Positions 1 through 6,129 of a DNA stretch of 13,004 nt are shown piece after piece. Source of the DNA: Alphaproteobacteria bacterium (lineage in GTDB: Bacteria > Pseudomonadota > Alphaproteobacteria > JBFXJJ01). Each line of letters opens with the position of its first letter. Within the stretch, counting starts at the first letter, position 1. Under the pieces are notes generated by a model. The model was not told the DNA's origin. It saw nothing but the letters and a program-made list of their open reading frames with translations, and searched no databases. The position numbers and the translations under genes are program-made. The DNA lies in contig JBFXJJ010000025.1 in the NCBI GenBank assembly GCA_050175015.1, positions 1-13,004 on the forward strand, read 5' to 3'.

Positions 1-182
1 TAAGTTTGTAATGCCCAAAACAAATATCCAATATTCATCCACTTTTTAGAAAAAAATCCCATTTTTGCTAAAGTAATCAATGCTGCATATCCCACGCCAA
101 ACACCAATACAAGAGTAGACTCTATGAAAATAGGGAGGAATTGATCCACCGCTATTTCCGGTCGCACAATTAATGGTTCCAT
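1..182 (-). CDS. Small hydrophobic membrane protein, N-terminal part (runs off the left edge of the window)
   Basis: Not in the ORF track; manual translation from ATG at 182-180 gives MEPLIVRPEIAVDQFLPIFIESTLVLVFGVGYAALITLAKMGFFSKKWMNIGYLFWALQT with no stop. AAGGA RBS at 195-191 and hydrophobic segments. Confidence 0.8.
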   Translation of the reverse strand, partial: MEPLIVRPEIAVDQFLPIFIESTLVLVFGVGYAALITLAKMGFFSKKWMNIGYLFWALQT

Positions 183-242
183 CAAATGTATCCTTTTAAA
201 TATTTGTTTACCGTCCGGCCAATATGGCCTCGAGCATGGTAA

Positions 243-284
243 ATTATGACAGCATATAAGTATAAAATAATTGACATATATCAA
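243..284 (-). promoter_or_regulatory. Crp/Fnr-family (FNR/Dnr-type) box plus extended -10 promoter for the CDS starting at 182
   Basis: TTGAC-ATAT-ATCAA at 271-284 (one mismatch to TTGAT-N4-ATCAA). Minus-strand TGT-CATAAT with hexamer at 248-243, 22 nt from the box, placing the box near -41.5. Confidence 0.7.
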
Positions 285-406
285 GAAAAGGAAGAAAATT
301 AGATTATTTAATGATTTTATTAAATATTATTGATATATAGCCTATATCTATTTGAAATAGTTATAATAGTAGGTTTTAGCCTGGTTGTATAAGATAAAGA
401 TGTACT

Positions 407-772
407 TTATTTAACAATACATCTTGCAGAATGAAAAGGCCTATCGTAGCTCGGTGAAACAAAATTATCTTTTTCTAGAGACCATTCTTGTGATTTTAAG
501 ACAGTGACCGACTGGGCTGCTTTTCTTATCATTCGGCTTTCACAAATAATCGGCTGTCCTTTTTCAAAAGCCAGTTTGACTTCTGCCATACGGCTGGTTG
601 TCACAACATAATGCCCTCCAATCAACAAAACTAAGACCGGTACGACACCTGTAAGACCTTTTTTCAATGCATTTTTGGATACAAACGGACGTGTTCCCAC
701 AAACACTGTAACCAATATCACAAATAATGCAAGGATTAAATACCCGCCTTCCAAAATAAAAAATTGTTCCAT
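407..772 (-). CDS. Hypothetical membrane protein (121 aa; two N-terminal TM segments, small soluble domain with two Cys)
   Basis: ORF with AAGGTG RBS at 783-778; hydrophobic YLILALFVILVTVFVG and GVVPVLVLLIGG segments. Confidence 0.8.
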   Translation of the reverse strand: MEQFFILEGGYLILALFVILVTVFVGTRPFVSKNALKKGLTGVVPVLVLLIGGHYVVTTSRMAEVKLAFEKGQPIICESRMIRKAAQSVTVLKSQEWSLEKDNFVSPSYDRPFHSARCIVK

Positions 773-805
773 ATCTTCACCTTATCTTCTAAAAAATTAT
801 TAAAA

Positions 806-875
806 ATAGTAACATACTTTCTATCTGTTCAAATTGATGTTTATCAAGCGTTTTTTAGTTAAAAGTATCTATACT
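806..875. promoter_or_regulatory. Perfect FNR/Dnr-type box with symmetric divergent -10 elements
   Basis: TTGAT-GTTT-ATCAA at 834-847. TATACT on + at 870-875 and TGT-TACTAT on - (hexamer 811-806), each 22 nt from the box. Confidence 0.75.
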
Positions 876-912
876 GATAAATATATTAACACATACTATA
901 TAAAGGAATTTA

Positions 913-1302
913 ATGTCAAATTTTAAAAATTATTTATTTGCTTTTTTGACTATAGGGTTTATTGCCATAGCCATTTCAGCCTATTTTGAAAGTCAACCCG
1001 AGCAAAAAAACAAGCGGATTTATACAGAAATAAAAAAATACAGCCCCTATTATATAGACAAACGCTTTGGGGGGCTACAAATATTAAGCAAAGCCGACAA
1101 GGATTTTAAAGAAAAACCGAGTAATATAGAAATTTTTCGCCAACTTGACATTTTAGAAAAAAATTGGGGGAAAAATCATCTCAAGATAGAAAATTCCCAA
1201 TTACATATTCTTGATGACAAAAATGTGAGCATAGTAACTATTCCACTGCAAAATCAAGAAGAGCTTCATTTTATTCAGCAATTTTATGGGATTCAACAAT
1301 GA
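913..1302 (+). CDS. Hypothetical membrane-anchored/periplasmic protein (129 aa)
   Basis: AAGGA RBS at 903-907; single N-terminal hydrophobic helix followed by a hydrophilic domain. Confidence 0.85.
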   Translation: MSNFKNYLFAFLTIGFIAIAISAYFESQPEQKNKRIYTEIKKYSPYYIDKRFGGLQILSKADKDFKEKPSNIEIFRQLDILEKNWGKNHLKIENSQLHILDDKNVSIVTIPLQNQEELHFIQQFYGIQQ

Positions 1303-1487
1303 TAGATTTTGTTTTAACCTTAGTTTTTAGTATTGTAATGCTTCTTTTTATGGTCTTTCCTGCCATGAAAATAACAGAGTGGTTAAATAAAAAATTTTCA
1401 CTTTCTAAAACATGGTATAACGGTTTAACTTTTCTGTTTACTGTTCTTCTTTCTCTTTTGGTTGGTATTTTTTTACGATTTGCCTAG
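1299..1487 (+). CDS. Small two-TM membrane protein (62 aa)
   Basis: ATGA overlap with the upstream stop (translational coupling); two hydrophobic segments separated by a Lys-rich loop. Confidence 0.8.
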   Translation: MIDFVLTLVFSIVMLLFMVFPAMKITEWLNKKFSLSKTWYNGLTFLFTVLLSLLVGIFLRFA

Positions 1488-1514
1488 TTAATATATTTTG
1501 GAAAAAATTTAATT

Positions 1515-2378
1515 TTAAAAATATTTCTTTAAAACTTTTTCCAGCTCTTCTATCATATTTTTCTTTTGTAATTCGGTTAATTTTGTAGTATCTAGGTCCA
1601 ATTTTATACATTTGGGCCTAGTAATAAAAAAAACTTCTTGTTTCGCATGCGAAATTTTAGTTTTATTGCGGCTTCTAAGTGCTTTTCTGTCTAGTTTTTT
1701 AGCTACAAAATCAAAATACACCCCCACCTGCTCCTGCGGATCTTTAATCTTTTGTATTTCGTAAAGCGATTCAATGTCATTGATAGATTTATTTTTTTCT
1801 AAGTCTTGAATAATCTCTTCTTCCAAAGAGAGTACTTTAAATACTTTGCTGATATACGATTTTGATTTGCTTAGGGCCTGACTTAGTTCTTCTAAATTTG
1901 CATAAAAATTTTTATCCATAGCCTGTTTTAAAGAAAGGGCAAGCTCCAGCGGATCAAGATTGTCTCTATGGGTATTTTCCATAATTGCTACTTCAAAAAG
2001 TTTTTTTTCTTCTTCTTCTTTAGAAAAATGTGTTGCATCCTCCACAATTGCTTTTATCTTTTCTAGACCGAGTTGTTTATGCGCAAACCATCTCCTTTGC
2101 CCTGCTTTAAGCACAAATTCGCCTTTTGATGTTCTGATAACAGCTATAGGCTGTATGAGACCATGTTCTTTTATGGAAGACATAAGGTCTTGTAGTTCGT
2201 TATTGTTGATAGAAATTCGCGGCTGCATAGGGTTGTTTATAATTTTATCAACATCTATTTCCAAAAACTCTTGTCCATCTATTTGTTTCGCATGCGAAAC
2301 TTTTGTATCATTGGTTTGAAGATGCGCATCTTCGCCTGCGGCCAATATCATTGCTGCATTTATCTTACGTTTGGCCAT
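1515..2378 (-). CDS. parB: ParB/RepB/Spo0J-family partition protein (CTPase type)
   Basis: NPMQPR, SIKEHGLIQPI, AGQRR arginine patch, ENTHRDNL motif, HTH-like region EELSQALSKSKSYISK. AAGGA RBS; starts 3 nt after the parA stop. Confidence 0.95.
   Translation of the reverse strand: MAKRKINAAMILAAGEDAHLQTNDTKVSHAKQIDGQEFLEIDVDKIINNPMQPRISINNNELQDLMSSIKEHGLIQPIAVIRTSKGEFVLKAGQRRWFAHKQLGLEKIKAIVEDATHFSKEEEEKKLFEVAIMENTHRDNLDPLELALSLKQAMDKNFYANLEELSQALSKSKSYISKVFKVLSLEEEIIQDLEKNKSINDIESLYEIQKIKDPQEQVGVYFDFVAKKLDRKALRSRNKTKISHAKQEVFFITRPKCIKLDLDTTKLTELQKKNMIEELEKVLKKYF
1640..1655. promoter_or_regulatory. Candidate parS site 1 (inside parB, 3' part)
   Basis: gTTTCGCATGCGAAAt; perfect 14-bp palindrome at 1641-1654. 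Confidence 0.75.
2285..2300. promoter_or_regulatory. Candidate parS site 2 (inside parB, 5' part)
   Basis: GTTTCGCATGCGAAAC, a perfect 16-bp palindrome. Confidence 0.78.
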
Positions 2379-2381
2379 CTT

Positions 2382-3002
2382 TTATCCTTTTTTCTTTATT
2401 TCTTTGATTAATTGTTTTATCTCTTTTTTAGCTTTACTTTTTTCTAATTCTGTTACCCCTTTGCCTTCCTCCATGGTTCTATAAAAATCTGCTCTATGCG
2501 CTATAATCGTATCCATAAGGTCAAAATGCTTTAGATTATCTACCAAATCCTCTATAACAGAAAAATCTTTTGCACTCGGATTAACATCATTGAGTAAAAT
2601 ATTTGCTTTGATATGTGTTTTCATTTTTTGCGAAAGTTCTTCCAAAATCTGATGAAATTTATAAAGTCCTGCCATTTCCGTTACACGATCAACCGCCGGA
2701 GTGATGATAAGATCAGAAATGTAAAGTGCTGCCCTGTTAAGGTTTGAATCAAACCCTCCCACATCAATAATAATATTTTTATCTTCGGGCCAATTGTCCA
2801 TAAATTCCACAAATGATTGCGGGGATTCGGGCTGAATAATTTTTAACGATTTGTATCCATTTATTTTTCTAAGGTTGTTTGTGTAGACCAATGTTTTTTG
2901 AAAATCCAAATCTATAATGGGCACACTCATCCCTATAGCTAAATGCCATGAAAGTAAACTTTTTCCTACTCCGCCCTTTGAGTGTGCAATGGTAATAATC
3001 AT
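2382..3002 (-). CDS. parA: ParA-family Walker-type partition ATPase (206 aa)
   Basis: Deviant Walker A KGGVGKS, IIDLDFQ, Walker B IIIDVGG, DLIITP. Start reassigned to ATG at 3002 (AAGGTG RBS at 3013-3008) rather than 3041. Confidence 0.95.
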   Translation of the reverse strand: MIITIAHSKGGVGKSLLSWHLAIGMSVPIIDLDFQKTLVYTNNLRKINGYKSLKIIQPESPQSFVEFMDNWPEDKNIIIDVGGFDSNLNRAALYISDLIITPAVDRVTEMAGLYKFHQILEELSQKMKTHIKANILLNDVNPSAKDFSVIEDLVDNLKHFDLMDTIIAHRADFYRTMEEGKGVTELEKSKAKKEIKQLIKEIKKKG

Positions 3003-3015
3003 ACATTCACCTTTT

Positions 3016-3031
3016 GTTTCGCATGCGAAAT
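3016..3031. promoter_or_regulatory. Candidate parS/operator site 3 (parA leader)
   Basis: gTTTCGCATGCGAAAt (core 3017-3030), immediately upstream of the parA RBS. Confidence 0.8.
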
Positions 3032-3071
3032 TTATTACCAAATAATACTATAATTGGTTTACAATTAGATT

Positions 3072-3087
3072 ATTTCGCATGCGAAAC
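3072..3087. promoter_or_regulatory. Candidate parS/operator site 4 (parA-rep intergenic)
   Basis: aTTTCGCATGCGAAAc (core 3073-3086), 56 bp from site 3. Confidence 0.8.
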
Positions 3088-3200
3088 TTTTTTATTTTAT
3101 TTACACGGAAAAGAGCCGTTCTATTGGCTGTTTACATTACAATCAAGTAAAATAAAAATAAATAAGGGTGTTGACACATATTGCATAGTACAATATATCC

Positions 3201-4307
3201 ATGAAAACAGATAATCAACAACTCACTCTTTTTAATGTTGTGGAAAAAATAGAAAGCAGTACATCAACTATTACTGAATTGCGTATTCCAATTTTTTCTC
3301 CCGTACAGAAACTTTCAGGAAATTCTGTGACCGCCAGAGAATTCAAAAACAACGGAGGAATCAGAACTATTCAAACAAGCTGGGGCAAAGTCGAAATAAG
3401 AGGGCGAAAACTCTTAACTCAGGTTCACAGGGATTTACTGGACTGTATCTACACACATGCGGCAAAAATTATTCCTCTGCCTACTGAAGAGGTTGTAATT
3501 ATTTTCAGTCAGACAAAAATACTTAAAGAGTATAGCGGGGAAGAAAAAAGCAACTCTTGGGAAAAACAAACAAAATGGCTTAGGGATAAAATCAAAGAAA
3601 TCCGTGATATCACTATCAATTATGTAAATACAAAAGGGGATTCTTTTGACTTTAATTTAATTTCTCATTTGGATTATCTTGAAGAACACAAGGCCTACTC
3701 AATTACACTGGATAAGAGATATTTAAAATTTTATGAAAGAGAACTTTCTATTAACTATAAAAAAGAATTGCCAAAACTGCTTAAAGTTGATTCTGCTTTA
3801 ACCAAAGCTATTATACGTTGGTTTTTTACACATAAAAAAGAATCACGGTTTAAACTATTGACTGTTTTAGATGCGCTTGGGTTTCCTACAGATTCTCCAA
3901 AATCATTACAGGTTGCAAAAAGAGAACTCAGGTACAGAGTAGGGGAGTTGCAATCATTTGGAATTGATTACAGCCCAAACGATGAAATGTTTTATTATCT
4001 TGGTAACTCGGGGGTTGGTTTTATTCCTTCTTTATTTAATTATTCAAGTGCTTCTCTTATTGAAACAGAAAAACCTGCGATTAATACCACAACAAAGGAT
4101 CTTATTGGTGATGCTATTTTGGTAGATGGGAATAAGGTTTTATTAAAAAACATCTCCTATGAAACAGAAGGTGCATTTGTTTGTGCAGCTTATGTTGAGA
4201 CCGATGATCAAAAAAATTTTAGAATCGTTAATAAAAATCAACTTGATTCAGAAGAATTTGAAATGGAAGTTATATTGTACTTAGAGTCTCTCTTGTATAA
4301 AGAGTGA
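3201..4307 (+). CDS. Putative plasmid/chromid replication initiator protein (TrfA/RepA-like winged-helix type), 368 aa
   Basis: Lies divergent from parAB and directly before an iteron array. Basic protein with 'PIFS', 'WGKVEIRGRKLLTQVHRDLLDCI' segments reminiscent of TrfA-like initiators. Family call is by eye and not verified by HMM. Confidence 0.72.
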   Translation: MKTDNQQLTLFNVVEKIESSTSTITELRIPIFSPVQKLSGNSVTAREFKNNGGIRTIQTSWGKVEIRGRKLLTQVHRDLLDCIYTHAAKIIPLPTEEVVIIFSQTKILKEYSGEEKSNSWEKQTKWLRDKIKEIRDITINYVNTKGDSFDFNLISHLDYLEEHKAYSITLDKRYLKFYERELSINYKKELPKLLKVDSALTKAIIRWFFTHKKESRFKLLTVLDALGFPTDSPKSLQVAKRELRYRVGELQSFGIDYSPNDEMFYYLGNSGVGFIPSLFNYSSASLIETEKPAINTTTKDLIGDAILVDGNKVLLKNISYETEGAFVCAAYVETDDQKNFRIVNKNQLDSEEFEMEVILYLESLLYKE

Positions 4308-4355
4308 TTAAAATCACACTCTTTATACAAGAGTCTTCATGCTCTTGTATAAAGA
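4290..4355. repeat. Three copies of CTCTTGTATAAAGA (forward/reverse/forward); the first two form a 17-bp perfect inverted repeat over the rep stop codon
   Basis: CTCTTGTATAAAGAGTG at 4290-4306, its reverse complement at 4317-4333 (10-nt loop), third copy at 4342-4355. Confidence 0.9.
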
Positions 4356-4375
4356 ATCTTATATTCTTAGAAAAA

Positions 4376-4801
4376 CCCTAATATTACTTCCAAAACCCTC
4401 TAATATAGCTACTTTTTACCTCTAATATTACTTCCTCATACTCTAATATTACTTCCAAAACCCTCTAATATTAGTTCCGCTTCTGCTATAAAAAATGATA
4501 TAAACCCCCTAATATTACTTCCATCACAGATGAATCTGTTTAAAAATATATGAGAGTTTTTAAAAAAAGTATGAAAATTTTCAATAATAAGGATAAAAAT
4601 ACCCCACAAGTATCAAAAACTCTCTTATACCCCCCAATATTACTTCCAAAATATAATTTTTACTCTAAGATTGCTTCCGCAAGCACAATTTTGACCCCTC
4701 TAATATTACTTCCTAAAAAATAGTAAACCCCTCTAATATTACTTCCTAAAAAATAGTAAACCCCTCTAATATTACTTCCTTTACACTCTAATATTACTTC
4801 T
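4376..4801 (+). repeat. Iteron array: 12 direct copies of 16-bp CTCTAATATTACTTCC (putative oriV)
   Basis: Copies start at 4376, 4398 (degenerate), 4420, 4441, 4463, 4507, 4632, 4663 (degenerate), 4698, 4731, 4764, 4786. Spacings 22,22,21,22,44,125,31,35,33,33,22. Non-coding region between rep and helicase. Confidence 0.9.
4523..4631. other. AT-rich spacer between the two iteron clusters (candidate DNA-unwinding element)
   Basis: Iteron-free, A/T-tract-rich 109 bp flanked by six iterons on each side. Confidence 0.5.
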
Positions 4802-4893
4802 TTTAACAAAAAGAATACTATGAAATTCGGGCCTTGCTATGTTATGTAAAAAGAGTTAGAATGGGCAAAAGATTATTATATGAAGAAGATAAG

Positions 4894-6084
4894 ATGCAAA
4901 AATTGATGTATAGCGAAGCTTTTGAAAGAGCAGTTTTAAGTGCAATTATTTATGAGCCTGCGATATTTAAAGATGTACTGGATGCGGGAATAAGAAATGA
5001 AGATTTTTTTATTCCTTTTCATCGGGTGCTTTTTAATGCATTGGGCCATCTTTATGAAAACAGTATTATAGAAGAAGGTATTATTAAAGAGTATTTAGGC
5101 AAAGCATTTGATGAATCCGGAATGTTGGAAATATTGGCCTCGCTCCCGGTTTCGAATATTTGTTTTTATATAGAGAAAATGAAAGAGTACTCCAGACTAA
5201 GGCAGTTTAAACAACTTGCGCATCAAATTTTGTACAGTATAGATGAGGAAAAAAATTTTGATGAAATTTTACATCTTGTCCATGGAGAAATAGAAAAAGC
5301 AGAAGAGGGAGGCAGAGAGCTTTTTAAGATCGTTTCTTTTGGAGAGATAGAAGCAGAAGATGCGGAATTTGTTTGCAAAAGCTGGTTGCCATTTCCTAAA
5401 GATACCGTTTCTTTGGTAAGTGCAGGAGGGGGAGTAGGGAAATCATTTTTACTTTTGCAAGCAGCCATGAGAATGGTGAGAGATGAGAGGCTTAAAGTAT
5501 TTATGTGGTTGAGCGAAGATCCTTTGGGATTATCCAGATCTCGTTTTGAAATGATAGCCAAGCAAATTTTGGAAACAGATGTTTCTGTCTTTGAAAAAGA
5601 TTTGCATATAGCAGGAGCAGATGCAGAAACCATACATTTTTTAGAAGAGAGCAGAGGGAGCATATCTATCAATAGTAAATTTTATCAGTTTAAAAGAGCA
5701 CTGAATGCGTATGATGTAATTATTCTTGACCCGCTTATAGCAATGTTTGGTGCAGATGAAAATAACAATGCCCATGCACGAATGTTTATTAATCTGTTTA
5801 CCAGATGGGCCACCAAAGAAAAAAAGACGATCATTTTCATTCATCATGGGACTAAAAATTCATCTCAGAGCAGAGGGGCAAGTGCCTTTGTCGATGCGGT
5901 AAGGCTGGTTTACCGGGTTGAGTATATCAAAAACGATAAAGATGAAATCAGCGAAGACGAGAATAGATATATTATTTTAGACAAAGACAATAATGGTGCC
6001 AAAAAGTATTTGGGCGCCGGCAAAGTAAAAAGGCAGATATTTTCAAAAAAGACAAAGAGCATGATAGAGATCGAATATGAATAA
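4894..6084 (+). CDS. Putative replicative helicase: DnaB N-terminal-like domain plus RecA/SF4 (AAA_25, RSF1010 RepA-like) ATPase domain
   Basis: N-terminal SEAFERAVLSAII...EDFFIPFHRVLF resembles DnaB_N. Walker A AGGGVGKS, Walker B VIILDP, IFIHH and RGASAFVDAVR motifs. Start taken as ATG 4894; alternatives are 4861 and 4906. Confidence 0.82.
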   Translation: MQKLMYSEAFERAVLSAIIYEPAIFKDVLDAGIRNEDFFIPFHRVLFNALGHLYENSIIEEGIIKEYLGKAFDESGMLEILASLPVSNICFYIEKMKEYSRLRQFKQLAHQILYSIDEEKNFDEILHLVHGEIEKAEEGGRELFKIVSFGEIEAEDAEFVCKSWLPFPKDTVSLVSAGGGVGKSFLLLQAAMRMVRDERLKVFMWLSEDPLGLSRSRFEMIAKQILETDVSVFEKDLHIAGADAETIHFLEESRGSISINSKFYQFKRALNAYDVIILDPLIAMFGADENNNAHARMFINLFTRWATKEKKTIIFIHHGTKNSSQSRGASAFVDAVRLVYRVEYIKNDKDEISEDENRYIILDKDNNGAKKYLGAGKVKRQIFSKKTKSMIEIEYE

Positions 6085-6129
6085 ATTCTGATTATATTCT
6101 TTGCCATACCAAGATAATCGGTTTATATT

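Larger units (their letters stand above)
1515..6084. mobile_element. Replication/partition core of a secondary replicon (plasmid/chromid or integrated derivative)
   Basis: Contiguous parB-parA-parS / rep-iterons-helicase. No dnaA, dnaN, gidAB or other oriC-type neighbours in the window. Confidence 0.75.

Noticed and set aside
215-225. CCGGCCAATAT shared with 11618-11628, both upstream of minus-strand genes; small GGCCA-ATA-TGGCC hairpin at 217-229
   Set aside because: Near-identical words also occur inside parB (2339-2348) and the helicase, so chance cannot be excluded and no function is supported.
330-343. Possible third FNR box TTGATATATAGCCT
   Set aside because: Only the left half-site matches and there is no -10 at the 22-nt spacing.
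1960-2319. 119-aa ORF antisense to parB (likewise 5223-5672, 5641-5847 and 5910-6107 antisense to the helicase)
   Set aside because: Shadow ORFs of well-supported genes, with no motifs.
3003-3041. N-terminal extension of ParA in the ORF track
   Set aside because: A good RBS precedes ATG 3002, ParA homology starts at MIITIA, and the extension merely reads through a palindrome.
3014-3214. 66-aa ORF in the parA-rep intergenic region
   Set aside because: No RBS, it overlaps regulatory palindromes and promoter elements, and the sequence is not protein-like.
4290-4333. Classical rho-independent terminator for rep
   Set aside because: No U-tract, an AT-rich stem overlapping the stop codon, and a third repeat copy; reported as a repeat instead.
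4376-4801. CRISPR array interpretation of the repeats
   Set aside because: Repeats are only 16 bp, spacers are 5-28 bp (one 109 bp), irregular and partly duplicated, and there are no cas genes. Helical phasing and the adjacent rep favour iterons.
1515-6084. Primary chromosome oriC or prophage
   Set aside because: No dnaA, dnaN or perfect DnaA-box cluster, non-canonical parS, and no phage structural or integrase genes in the window. A phage-plasmid or integrated state cannot be excluded from 13 kb.
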